Positions 1-8,718 of a DNA stretch of 32,000 bases are shown here, one piece after another; the stretch's first letter is position 1; every line of letters begins with the position of its first letter. The stretch is taken from the NCBI GenBank assembly GCA_964514965.1, contig CAZETV010000001.1:663063-695062 (forward strand), in the 5' to 3' direction. Source of the DNA: Candidatus Hadarchaeota archaeon. Its GTDB lineage: Archaea > Hadarchaeota > Hadarchaeia > Hadarchaeales > Hadarchaeaceae. The notes beneath the pieces were generated by a model. It was not told where the DNA came from. It worked only from the letters and a program-made list of their open reading frames with translations, and ran no database searches. The position numbers and the translations under genes are program-made.

Positions 1-98
1 GCTATTATACCCTTATTTCAAGACCTCGCGAATGCCATGAAGTCCATTTTTGAACTCCATTTCAGCTTTAGTGCGCTCCACACAAATCTTTTTAAAAA

Positions 99-113
99 TA
101 TAACGCCTTTATA
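99..113. promoter_or_regulatory. TATAAC-N3-GTTATA-type palindrome (TATAACgccTTTATA, 1 mismatch) overlapping a TATA-like box upstream of nifS
   Basis: The sequence is read directly. It lies 17-31 nt upstream of ATG 130. It is one of five similarly spaced copies in this window. Confidence 0.4.
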
Positions 114-129
114 TATATCAGGGGCGGAG

Positions 130-1302
130 ATGAGAGCTTACTTGGACAATGGTACAACAACTCCTGTAGCTAGAGAGATAATCGAGGCCATGCTACCGTA
201 CCTCACCGAAAAATTTGGGCATCCGCTTTTTCTTTACTCACTCGGGCAAGAAGCTGCAGATGCCGTGGAAAGAAGCCAAAAAACTATAGCTGATACTCTG
301 AACGCTGAGCAAAAAGAGATAACTTTTACATCAAACGCGACGGAGGCCAGCGATTTTGCCATCAGAGGTGTTGCTCACGCCAATAGAAAAAGTGACAACC
401 ACATAATCACGACGAAGATTGAAAATCCATCAGTTTTGCGGCCATGCGAAATACTAGAAAAAGAGGGGTTCAAAGTCGATTATTTAAACGTTGACTCTCA
501 GGGATTTGTCGATTTAAAACAACTCCAAGATCTGATAAACGAAAAAACCATTCTCGTCAGCGTGGCGCAAGTTAACGATGAGATAGGCACGATAGAACCT
601 ATAGCAGATATAGGGAAGATGTTGCACGAGCAAAAACATAAGATATATTTCCACGTGAACGCCGCCGCCTCGTATGCAAGAGTTCCAATCGATGTGCAAA
701 AAATGGGCATAGACCTCATGAGCCTGAGTGCCCACAAGATTCACGGCCCTAAAGGCGTTGGTGCGCTTTATGTACGAGAGGATACAAAAATCAATCCGAT
801 GTCTTACGGCTACATCTCCATGTTTCTACTAAAACCAGGCACCGAAAATATCCCGGCAATCGTCGGTTTTGGCAAGGCGGCCGAGTTAGCGTTTACAAAT
901 TTCAACAGCCATGTAGCGCATATGCGGAAGTTACGCGACAAGCTCATGGCCGGAATTGAGGAGCGTGTGCCCCACATCTTGCTTAACGGGCCCAGAGGGG
1001 AGAAACGCAGCCCTGCGAACGTGAACTACTCATTCAAGGGAGTAGAGGGCGAGTCGGTGTTGCTCCACTTAGATCTGAATGGGATTTCAGTCGCTACTGG
1101 CTCCGCATGTTCAACGCGAAAGCTCGAACCAAGCCATGTCCTAACCGCTATAGGAGTAGGCTCAGAAGTCGCCCACGGATCCATAAGATTCACGCTGAGC
1201 CGGTACAACACGGCCAAGGAGATTGACTACGTGCTGGGAGTAGTGCCGCGCGTTATTGAAAACCTGCGCAAGATAAGCCCAATAAAACCTGAGGAACTTT
1301 GA
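130..1302 (+). CDS. nifS: cysteine desulfurase, NifS/IscS-type class V aminotransferase
   Basis: This is part of ORF 37..1302. MRAYLDNGTTTPV is a typical family N-terminus. It has the PLP-lysine motif SAHKIHGPKG and the active-site Cys loop ATGSACS. ATG 130 is preferred because the TATA-like box at 99-118 lies inside the longer ORF. Confidence 0.9.
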   Translation: MRAYLDNGTTTPVAREIIEAMLPYLTEKFGHPLFLYSLGQEAADAVERSQKTIADTLNAEQKEITFTSNATEASDFAIRGVAHANRKSDNHIITTKIENPSVLRPCEILEKEGFKVDYLNVDSQGFVDLKQLQDLINEKTILVSVAQVNDEIGTIEPIADIGKMLHEQKHKIYFHVNAAASYARVPIDVQKMGIDLMSLSAHKIHGPKGVGALYVREDTKINPMSYGYISMFLLKPGTENIPAIVGFGKAAELAFTNFNSHVAHMRKLRDKLMAGIEERVPHILLNGPRGEKRSPANVNYSFKGVEGESVLLHLDLNGISVATGSACSTRKLEPSHVLTAIGVGSEVAHGSIRFTLSRYNTAKEIDYVLGVVPRVIENLRKISPIKPEEL

Positions 1303-1311
1303 GGTGAGCCA

Positions 1312-1716
1312 GTGCCAGTTGAATTTACAGAACGGAGCCTACTTAAGTACACCCAAAAGGTAATCGAGCTATTCAAGGACCCCAAAAATATCGGAGAGAT
1401 GGAAGACCCAACTGTGACCGCAGTCGAAGGCGATCCTAAGTGTGGCGATATGTTCAAGATGTTTTTGAAAATTAAAAACGACAAAATTGTAGACGTGAAA
1501 TTCCTTTCTTTCGGGTGCGCAGCGAACATCGCTACTGGTTCAATGACAACTGAAATGGTGAAGGGAAAAACCGTGGATGAGGCGAAGAAAATCACCATTA
1601 AGCAAATTGCGGATGCTTTAGGTGGCCTTCCCGCCTTGAAAATGCACTGCGCTGTGCTCGCGTACAAAACGCTTAAAAAGGCGTTGCAGGAGTACGAGCG
1701 GAAGCTGACAGGCTAA
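1312..1716 (+). CDS. iscU: IscU/NifU-N type Fe-S cluster scaffold
   Basis: The three scaffold cysteines sit in their usual contexts (GDPKCGD, FGCAANIA, KMHCAVLA). A GAGGTGAG SD lies 3 nt upstream of the GTG start, which is 9 nt after the nifS stop. Confidence 0.9.
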   Translation: MPVEFTERSLLKYTQKVIELFKDPKNIGEMEDPTVTAVEGDPKCGDMFKMFLKIKNDKIVDVKFLSFGCAANIATGSMTTEMVKGKTVDEAKKITIKQIADALGGLPALKMHCAVLAYKTLKKALQEYERKLTG

Positions 1717-1739
1717 ACTCGGACTAATCCCAAGGGGTC

Positions 1740-2444
1740 GTGAAGATGACAAGGGACGGCGAAATATTACTCCCAAAATTCAAGCAAGAATGCTTACTTT
1801 CAAAGGGAGTCGAAGTTCTAGATTTGATGAGGGTGAGAAAGGAGACTGTGATGTATGTTCAGCCATGCGCGTCAGAGCGGGGAAAATTAATGGCAGACAT
1901 CGAACTCACCAAGGAACCCACTAAACAGTTTATCGACCCTGAAACCCTTTGCTCGCTGCTCGAGACCCACCGACGGCGCTTTGCAGAGCTGAAGTGCAGC
2001 CCAAGTTTGGGTGTGGCAAAGCTCAAGTGGAAGGGTAAAGAAATAAGCATATTCAAAAATGGAAAGTTGAAAATTCAGCGAGCGCTCGGCCGCGATGAAC
2101 TTTTGAAAGTCGCGAATTCCGTTTCCCGTTTGATTTGGGGCGCCGCCGTATGTGAAGTCTGCAAACAACCGACTCTCAACTGCGCGTCCGGAAAGTGTGG
2201 GAAATGTACTTTAGAGGAGCATGTGGCTGTGCAGGCCGATGCACTTCCAAATGCTGAGTTGTTATATCAAGTGTACGCCAATCTCGAAAAAGCGCGAAAA
2301 TCCCCTGATGAGTCTGAAAACTACCTACGGGCAGCAAAATATCTTGCGCTGTTTTTCACCATGGAGGCTCCTTCCAAGGAAGATGCAGCCATTGGACTCA
2401 TTTTACTGGCAGAAGCTGGGCGGGTAAAAACATTAAAAAGTTAA
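1740..2444 (+). CDS. hypothetical protein with a CX2CX6CX4CX2C cysteine cluster
   Basis: 234-aa ORF co-directional with nifS-iscU. The cluster is CEVCKQPTLNCASGKCGKC. I do not recognise the family. The start could be GTG 1740 or ATG 1746. Confidence 0.55.
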   Translation: MKMTRDGEILLPKFKQECLLSKGVEVLDLMRVRKETVMYVQPCASERGKLMADIELTKEPTKQFIDPETLCSLLETHRRRFAELKCSPSLGVAKLKWKGKEISIFKNGKLKIQRALGRDELLKVANSVSRLIWGAAVCEVCKQPTLNCASGKCGKCTLEEHVAVQADALPNAELLYQVYANLEKARKSPDESENYLRAAKYLALFFTMEAPSKEDAAIGLILLAEAGRVKTLKS

Positions 2445-2456
2445 AACAGAAGCTTT

Positions 2457-2471
2457 TATAACAATGTTATG
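2457..2471. promoter_or_regulatory. TATAAC-N3-GTTATA-type palindrome (TATAACaatGTTATg) on the promoter of the HTH regulator gene
   Basis: Read directly. It overlaps TTTTATAA and ends 9 nt before ATG 2480, which fits a leaderless mRNA. Confidence 0.4.
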
Positions 2472-2479
2472 TGATAACC

Positions 2480-2860
2480 ATGAAGCCTCCTTGTGAAATT
2501 GTGGTCAAAGATATCCTACCTGCGATAAGGGCGGTGCTCGTAAGGGACCTTATCAAGCGCCACAAGCTGAATCAGGTCGAGGTTGCGAAAAAGATGGGCA
2601 TCACTCAGCCAGCGGTTAGCCAGTACCTCAGCGAACTTCGAGGTGCGAGTTACGCGGGACTATTCAAGAGGCGAGAGATTGCACAATCGGTGAGGAAGCT
2701 CTCGGATACTATTGCCAGCGGGAAGGTTAAGCCTAGTCAAACCCTCCAAATGTACTGTAACATCTGCAAGCATATAAAGAAAAGAGAAATTCTTTGTATC
2801 TTACACGCAAAATCCGCCCCCTATCTAAAGGAGGAAGGCTGCCGGATTTGTCTTGGTTGA
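2480..2860 (+). CDS. archaeal HTH transcriptional regulator with a C-terminal Cys motif (COG2522-like)
   Basis: MKPPCEIVVKDILPAIRA plus the HTH KKMGITQPAVSQYLSELRG resemble my memory of the COG2522 family. The C-terminus carries CNIC...CRIC. ATG 2480 is preferred over GTG 2471. Confidence 0.65.
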   Translation: MKPPCEIVVKDILPAIRAVLVRDLIKRHKLNQVEVAKKMGITQPAVSQYLSELRGASYAGLFKRREIAQSVRKLSDTIASGKVKPSQTLQMYCNICKHIKKREILCILHAKSAPYLKEEGCRICLG

Positions 2861-3277
2861 CCTTGACACAGTCCTCGAGAGAACCGCAAGTGGATGCCCC
2901 TTGCTTTTTAATTCAAACATATTATACCAACCGAATGGTACTCGAAGAACCCTGTAGCCAGCCCTTTCTAATTTGGTTCCGATACTGGTCAATAACTGGA
3001 GCGCGAAAGTAGGAGAACCTAAATCACATGAAAGATGAGCAAACGGAAATATCACGATATTTTTGGCTTTAACTTTAGACGCGATATCTTGAATTTCCGC
3101 CACGGCTTTTTCAACCAGTCCATCCACCAGTTCATCGACCTTCTCCACGCAGGCGAAAGCGATGAGTGGGTCTCGCACCCTCCCTACCCTGTTTTCTGGT
3201 CTAATCTCTTCCGAGAATTTAGCCTTTTGCTTCACCTTGTAATTTAAATAATCAGCGTGGACAAACAATATCTTCAT
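2825..3277 (-). CDS. stand-alone archaeal ThrRS N-terminal editing domain homolog (DTD-like fold, putative trans-editing deacylase)
   Basis: MKILFVHADYLNYKVKQKA...VEKVDE...FPFAHLS...KGHPL..LSRT is colinear with the Pyrococcus ThrRS editing domain as I remember it. ATG 3277 is chosen because the longer ORF (to 3310) would run into the tRNA gene. Confidence 0.7.
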   Translation of the reverse strand: MKILFVHADYLNYKVKQKAKFSEEIRPENRVGRVRDPLIAFACVEKVDELVDGLVEKAVAEIQDIASKVKAKNIVIFPFAHLSCDLGSPTFALQLLTSIGTKLERAGYRVLRVPFGWYNMFELKSKGHPLAVLSRTVSRSTKTNPAAFLL

Positions 3278-3286
3278 GTGATCACT

Positions 3287-3361
3287 TGGAGCCGGGAGAG
3301 GGAATTGCACCCCCGTGAGCGGTTCTGCAGACCGCTGCCTGAGCTACTCGGCCACCCCGGC
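3287..3361 (-). tRNA. tRNA-Cys (anticodon GCA), CCA encoded, U73 discriminator
   Basis: Hand-folded cloverleaf. Acceptor stem is GCCGGGG/UCCCGGC. Anticodon stem is GCGGU/ACCGC with loop CUGCAGA. T stem is GGGGG/CCCUC. The 5' half resembles M. jannaschii tRNA-Cys (GCCGGGG...AGGCAGCGG.CUGCAGA). Confidence 0.85.
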
Positions 3362-3375
3362 ACTTAAAATATAGA

Positions 3376-3390
3376 TATAACGGCGTTATA
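3376..3390. promoter_or_regulatory. perfect TATAACggcGTTATA palindrome between tRNA-Cys and the CopA-like gene
   Basis: Read directly. It overlaps the TATA-like boxes that could serve both divergent transcription units. Confidence 0.45.
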
Positions 3391-3400
3391 AAATTAACGG

Positions 3401-5584
3401 TTGATGGGTATGGCGGGAAAAAAAATTGAGTTGACCATTGAGGGTATGCATTGCCCAGGGTGTGCAGCCACTATCGAAAAGGCGTTAGTGAAAACTGCAG
3501 GTATACATCGTGCAAGCGTGAACTTTACTACTAGAAAATCCACCATCGAGTATGACCCCAAAAAAGTGACCGTAGAGAGAATAAAAAAATGCGTAGAGGA
3601 CATTGGCTACAAAGCGAGAGAAGAGGAGTTATTTGAAAAGAGAAGATGGCGTGAAAAAAAGCATATCCTCTTTATACTATTTGGTTTATCCCTAACAATA
3701 CCTGTGGCCCTTACCGAACTTTTTCTTGAATTCTCAGAAAAAGCTCTCTTTCTTTTTCTTCTGGCAACCCCTGTTCAGTTCATTGTTGGATGGCGTTTCT
3801 ATCGAGGAGCATATTATTCGTTGAAGAGAAAATTTGCAAGTGTCGATGTGCTAGTTGTTTTAAGCACCTCCGCTGCGTACTTCTACAGCGTAGGGGCGAC
3901 ATTTTTTATTGCGGGACCAACTTTCTATGAAGCATCCACGGTAGTTATCACTACAATCGCAATCGGTATGACATTAGAAGAGCATGCGCGGGGGAGGACA
4001 GGGGAAGCAATTAGAAAACTCATGCAACTTCAACCCAAATCTGCTGTTGTAATAAGAAATGGAAAAGAAATTGTAGTTCAAGTCGAAGAGGTTCAAGTTG
4101 GAGATACTGTTATCATAAAACCAGGAGAAAGGATTCCAGTCGACGGCAGAGTTATCAACGGATATTCCTCCGTGGACGAATCGGCAATTACTGGCGAATC
4201 TATCCCCGTTGAAAAGAAAAAGGGCGATTTGGTGATCAGTGCAACGATAAATAAAACGGGCACATTGAAGTTTAAGGCCACAAAAGTGGGAAAAGAGACT
4301 ACACTATCCCAGATAATTAAACTGGTAGAAGAAGCCCAGACATCTAAGGCGCCTATTCAAAACATTGCGGATACGGTGGTGAATTATTTTGTACCGATAG
4401 TTCTGGCTGTGGCCGGAATCAGTTTTATTGTTTGGTTTTTTGTACAGGGATTCACCTTCTTATTTGCTTTAACCGTTTTCGTTAGTGTTTTAGTAATTGC
4501 TTGTCCATGCGCCTTAGGAATCGCCACGCCAGCCGCCTTAATGGTTGGTTTAGGGAAGGGAGCGGAACACGGAATACTAATAAAAGGGGGTGGAGCGCTG
4601 GAACGAGCACATAGGATAGATACTATAGTTTTTGATAAAACTCATACATTAACGGTCGGAGAGCCGAAAGTTACAAACGTCGTTGCATCTAGCAACAAAA
4701 AAGATGTGTTATGGTTTGCGGCTATCGCTGAAAAGGGTTCGGAACATCCTCTCGCAGGCGCCATCGTAAGCAAAGCGGAAAAAGAATTGAAGAAGGTTCC
4801 TGATGCTGATTGGTTTAAAACCATACCCGGACATGGTGTGAAAGCTAGATATAAAGAAAAGATTATCTTACTCGGTAACCGAAAATTGATGATAAAGAAC
4901 AAAATAAGTATAGACCATTTTGAAAAACAAATTACTAAATTTGAGGAAGAAGGAAAAACTGTGATGATTTTGACCGTCGGCAAAAAAGCTTTAGGAATTA
5001 TTGCCACTGCAGATGTATTGAGAAAAGATTCTTCGAAAGCTGTAAGAAAACTTCAAAAAATTGGAATAGAAGTTATTATGCTAACGGGAGACAACGAGAA
5101 AACAGCAAACGCAATAGCAAAAAAAGTTGGGATTAAAAAGGTTTTGGCAAATGTTCTCCCAGAAGAAAAATCAAAAGCGCTGAAAAAGTTGCAGAATGAG
5201 GGAAAAATAGTCGGAATGGTTGGAGATGGCATAAATGATGCTCCAGCGCTCACGCAAGCAGATGTGGGGATTGCGATCGGCTCCGGAACCGATATCGCAA
5301 TTGAAGCTGGAAATGTTGTTTTGGTCAAGGACGATTTGATGGATGTAGCCTGTCTCATGAAATTAAGCAAAAAAACAATGGGTAAAATCAAACAAAATTT
5401 GTTCTTCGCATTCTTTTACAATATCTTAGGGATACCTATAGCAGCCGGAATCCTGTATCCCTTCCTCCATACTGTAGTAGTTTCTCCTGTAATTGCTGCA
5501 ATCGCCACGATCACGAGCGACATATGCGTAGTTGGGAATTCCTTATTGCTTAAAAAGTTTAAACTAGCTAAAATTCATTCATAA
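3401..5584 (+). CDS. copA: P1B-type heavy-metal (Cu+-type) ATPase, single HMA domain, atypical DKTHT phosphorylation motif
   Basis: It carries [15 protein letters not shown] (HMA), TGES, the CPC transmembrane motif, SEHPL and GDGINDAP. The phosphorylation site reads FDKTHTLT. The start is ambiguous (TTG 3401, ATG 3404 or ATG 3410). It is markedly AT-rich. Confidence 0.9.
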   Translation: MMGMAGKKIELTIEGMHCPGCAATIEKALVKTAGIHRASVNFTTRKSTIEYDPKKVTVERIKKCVEDIGYKAREEELFEKRRWREKKHILFILFGLSLTIPVALTELFLEFSEKALFLFLLATPVQFIVGWRFYRGAYYSLKRKFASVDVLVVLSTSAAYFYSVGATFFIAGPTFYEASTVVITTIAIGMTLEEHARGRTGEAIRKLMQLQPKSAVVIRNGKEIVVQVEEVQVGDTVIIKPGERIPVDGRVINGYSSVDESAITGESIPVEKKKGDLVISATINKTGTLKFKATKVGKETTLSQIIKLVEEAQTSKAPIQNIADTVVNYFVPIVLAVAGISFIVWFFVQGFTFLFALTVFVSVLVIACPCALGIATPAALMVGLGKGAEHGILIKGGGALERAHRIDTIVFDKTHTLTVGEPKVTNVVASSNKKDVLWFAAIAEKGSEHPLAGAIVSKAEKELKKVPDADWFKTIPGHGVKARYKEKIILLGNRKLMIKNKISIDHFEKQITKFEEEGKTVMILTVGKKALGIIATADVLRKDSSKAVRKLQKIGIEVIMLTGDNEKTANAIAKKVGIKKVLANVLPEEKSKALKKLQNEGKIVGMVGDGINDAPALTQADVGIAIGSGTDIAIEAGNVVLVKDDLMDVACLMKLSKKTMGKIKQNLFFAFFYNILGIPIAAGILYPFLHTVVVSPVIAAIATITSDICVVGNSLLLKKFKLAKIHS

Positions 5585-5607
5585 AATCCGCCGATGGAAG
5601 TTTTAAA

Positions 5608-6276
5608 ATGAACAAAAATAAAGTGGTGTGCTTGGTTTCAGGAGGGATAGACTCCCCAGTTGCATGTGCTTTAGTAGCAAAAAAGTTTAAATGTGTACCA
5701 CTCCATTTTTGCCTCTACCCATTCACATGTGAGGAAACTTTCTTTCTAACCATGAAAGTGCTAAAAAACTTGAAAGATGTGATTGAGTTTGAAAAGGCCA
5801 TTGTTTATCCGTGGAACGAAATTTTAGATACAACTTTGAAAAATCGTCAAAAGAAGAGCTATGCGTGCGTCGCTTGTAGAAAAAGTATGTTTAAGGTGGC
5901 TGAGATGATTTGTGAAAAAGAAGACGCGGCAGGAATAGTAACTGGCGAATCATTGGGACAAAAAGCAACGCAAACATTGGCCAATTTGAGGGCGACTTCT
6001 ACGGGAATAAAGTTTCCAATCCTGAGACCTTTGCTGGGTCTAGACAAAAATGAAATCGTGAAGATATCAAAGGCTCTGGGGATTTGGCACGAACATCATG
6101 CTGGATGCTGCTTTGCCACGCCGAAATATCCAGATACCAAGGCAGACTCGCAGATACTTGACAAAGTGATAGAAGACCTTAAAATTCATGAACTTATTAA
6201 AAGGAACTCTGAAAAAATTCTAGAGGTCAGGACTTTTAAGGAAAACTTCGGAGAGTACCTTCTCACGTTAGCTTAA
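5608..6276 (+). CDS. ThiI-like PP-loop ATP pyrophosphatase domain protein (no THUMP or rhodanese domain)
   Basis: [12 protein letters not shown] is the PP-loop. [15 protein letters not shown] is ThiI-like. It has the CxxC motif CVAC plus GCC. It is only 222 aa. Confidence 0.7.
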   Translation: MNKNKVVCLVSGGIDSPVACALVAKKFKCVPLHFCLYPFTCEETFFLTMKVLKNLKDVIEFEKAIVYPWNEILDTTLKNRQKKSYACVACRKSMFKVAEMICEKEDAAGIVTGESLGQKATQTLANLRATSTGIKFPILRPLLGLDKNEIVKISKALGIWHEHHAGCCFATPKYPDTKADSQILDKVIEDLKIHELIKRNSEKILEVRTFKENFGEYLLTLA

Positions 6277-7055
6277 TCGCGGAGTTTCCCATATGCTACC
6301 TCGGCCGCTTTTTTGCCCGAGAGTAGCATGGCACCAAAAGTTGGCCCCATTCGAGGGAGCCCATAGGTCGTGGCTACTGCCATACCCGAGACAATGAGAC
6401 CTGGGCATGCTTCTCCTGTGTGTTCCACCACCAAATCCTCTGAGTGCTCGACCCACATACCGCTGAAGCCAGAAGTCTTAATCAGGCCTCGTTCCTCCAA
6501 CTTTCGCACGATAGCTGCATCATGCCCCGTTGCATCGATTACGAGCCTTGACTCAAGCCCAACAGGATCAACACACGTGATCTCTCGCGGTAGCGCATGG
6601 ATTGGGGACCAGTTCACTACGACTCCGCCAACTCTGTTCTTCTCACGCAATATGACATCTTCGAAGCGAGTCATGTTAAGAATTTTCGCTCCAGCATCAC
6701 AGGTTGCCGCGACCAGCTTCGAACAAGCGTGGGGGCCCTCCGCGACATACAGACCCTCACTGAATTTTTTACAGGGGACCCCAATTTCTTCTAAAACTTT
6801 CTGAGCGGGTGCCCTAATCGTAACTTTGTTCATTAGGTAACCACCGATCCAAAAGCCGCCACCGAGGTAATTGTTGTGTTCAATCAATAGAACCTTTGCT
6901 CCTCTCTCTGCAAGATCCCTCGCAGCTATCAGGCCACTCGGACCAGCGCCGACCACAATTACATCACTTTCAACGTATTCTTGGAATTCCTTCGCGAACT
7001 CGCCCACGATCGCTCGAGTTATTTCCTTTTCCCCTACCGGTTCGAAAGTTACCAT
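6273..7055 (-). CDS. thi4: thiazole synthase Thi4 (ribose-1,5-bisphosphate isomerase-like family)
   Basis: [29 protein letters not shown] is the dinucleotide fold. GGG.W.GG and IDATGHDA are typical of archaeal Thi4. Confidence 0.9.
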   Translation of the reverse strand: MVTFEPVGEKEITRAIVGEFAKEFQEYVESDVIVVGAGPSGLIAARDLAERGAKVLLIEHNNYLGGGFWIGGYLMNKVTIRAPAQKVLEEIGVPCKKFSEGLYVAEGPHACSKLVAATCDAGAKILNMTRFEDVILREKNRVGGVVVNWSPIHALPREITCVDPVGLESRLVIDATGHDAAIVRKLEERGLIKTSGFSGMWVEHSEDLVVEHTGEACPGLIVSGMAVATTYGLPRMGPTFGAMLLSGKKAAEVAYGKLRD

Positions 7056-7092
7056 TTTTTTCCCTCTATCAATTATGTGCTACCTTATAAAT

Positions 7093-7107
7093 AATAACGC
7101 TGTTATA
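7093..7107. promoter_or_regulatory. TATAAC-N3-GTTATA-type palindrome (aATAACgctGTTATA) in the thi4 / COG1900 divergent intergenic region
   Basis: Read directly, with 1 mismatch. Confidence 0.35.
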
Positions 7108-7200
7108 AACTAAGGTTTATGGTTATTCCTGTGAGTAATTTTTTAATCCAAAAAATATAAATATCAGTATTTATCACTTGTTCCTGAAATAGGGGGAATT

Positions 7201-8718
7201 GTGTTGACTAAAACCAAAGTTAACAAGTCGGTGGCTGAGATAAACGACCGAATCAGGCGCGGCGATGCGGTGATCGTGACAGCGGAGGAAATGGTAGAAA
7301 TCGTGAGAGAAAGAGGTGAAGTCGAAGCTGCTAAGGAAGTGGATGCGGTCACTACTGGCACCTTTGGGGCGATGTGCAGCTCGGGAACTTGGCTGAACTT
7401 TGGACACGCAGACCCGCCAATCAAAATGCAACGAGTATGGCTTAACGATGTCGAGGCGTATACAGGAGTTGCCGCTGTCGATGCATACATAGGTGCAACG
7501 CAGCTCAGCGAGACCCGCGGATTCGAGTATGGTGGAGGGCACGTTATCGAAGATCTGATCCGTGGAAAAGAGATGGAAGTCCGAGCGATCGCATACGGCA
7601 CCGATTGCTACCCGCGTAAGGAACTCGAGACCACCGTGACCAAGGACGACATTAATCAAGCTGTCCTCTGCAACCCCCGTAACGCCTACCAGCGCTACGT
7701 AGCAGCCACGAACTCGCGTGATGAAACTATCTACACCTACATGGGCACCCTGCTGCCGAACTACGGCAACGTAACATATTCGGGGTCCGGCAGCCTAAGC
7801 CCGCTCCACAACGACCCCAACTACGAAACAATCGGGATCGGGACGCGAATTTTCCTAGGGGGTGCTCAAGGCTACATATTCTGGGAGGGAACTCAACACG
7901 CCCCAACTAATGCAATGGGCACCATCATGACCGTCGGGAACTTGAAAGAAATGGACGCACGCTACATCAGGGGAGTAACGGTCGAAAAGTACGGGACTTC
8001 GCTCTACGTCGGCTTGGGGATTCCAATTCCAATTATAAACGAGAGAGTTGCAAAAACTACGGGCATAAGTGATGAGGAGATAAAAACAGACCTTACTGAC
8101 TACGGGGTTCCTCGAAGGAGCCGCCCTATTCTCAGGAAGGTTACCTATGCTGAATTGAAATCTGGGAAGATTGAAATCAACAACGATGAAGTACTCGTCA
8201 GCCCCTTGAGCAGCCTGAAGCGAGCGAGAGAAATCGCTGGCGTCTTAAAAAAGTGGATTGAAGAAAAAAGATTCTTCCTTTCTCAACCAGCGGAGAGACT
8301 GCCTATCGACCAAGTGTTCAAGCCAATGAAACAACTCGCAGGCGTCCCATTTGTCAGGGACGTTATGACACGAGAGGTAGTAACCGCCAAGCCGAGCGAC
8401 TCGATCGCCAGCGCGGCGAAGATACTTGCGAAGCGCAACTTCGACCATCTACCGATCGTAGATGCCAAAGGGAAACTCGTGGGAATAGCGACTTCGTGGG
8501 ACATCGCCGTGGCAGTCGGGACTGGTAAGAAGAAATTATCAGATGTTCTGACTTCCAAAGTTATCACGGCAACTGAGGACGAGCCAGTCGATGCTGTAGC
8601 GAGGAGACTTGAAAAACACAAAATCTCTGGGGTTCCTGTGATAAACGCCCGTGGCGAGCCCAGAGGAGTCCTGACGAGTCAGGATCTATCTAAGTTGTTG
8701 GGGGGACGAGGAAAATGA
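7201..8718 (+). CDS. homocysteine biosynthesis protein, COG1900 (DUF39) domain with tandem CBS domains (MJ0100/MA1821 family)
   Basis: VTAEEMVEIV, VTTGTFGAMCSSG, DPPIKM, NPRNAYQRY and YMGTLLP are colinear with MJ0100 as I recall it. The C-terminal ~130 aa form two CBS repeats. Confidence 0.85.
   Translation: MLTKTKVNKSVAEINDRIRRGDAVIVTAEEMVEIVRERGEVEAAKEVDAVTTGTFGAMCSSGTWLNFGHADPPIKMQRVWLNDVEAYTGVAAVDAYIGATQLSETRGFEYGGGHVIEDLIRGKEMEVRAIAYGTDCYPRKELETTVTKDDINQAVLCNPRNAYQRYVAATNSRDETIYTYMGTLLPNYGNVTYSGSGSLSPLHNDPNYETIGIGTRIFLGGAQGYIFWEGTQHAPTNAMGTIMTVGNLKEMDARYIRGVTVEKYGTSLYVGLGIPIPIINERVAKTTGISDEEIKTDLTDYGVPRRSRPILRKVTYAELKSGKIEINNDEVLVSPLSSLKRAREIAGVLKKWIEEKRFFLSQPAERLPIDQVFKPMKQLAGVPFVRDVMTREVVTAKPSDSIASAAKILAKRNFDHLPIVDAKGKLVGIATSWDIAVAVGTGKKKLSDVLTSKVITATEDEPVDAVARRLEKHKISGVPVINARGEPRGVLTSQDLSKLLGGRGK

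Noticed and set aside
37-129. N-terminal extension of nifS from ATG 37
   Set aside because: The extension contains the TATA-like box and palindrome (99-118). The family N-terminus MRAYLDNG begins at ATG 130.
3278-3310. Longer start (ATG 3310) for the ThrRS-editing-domain gene
   Set aside because: It would overlap the 3' part of the tRNA-Cys gene. Homologs start at MKILF.. (ATG 3277).
7164-7659. 145-aa and 161-aa minus-strand ORFs overlapping the start of the COG1900 gene
   Set aside because: They are shadow ORFs opposite a gene that is colinear with MJ0100. They would also run across the divergent promoter.
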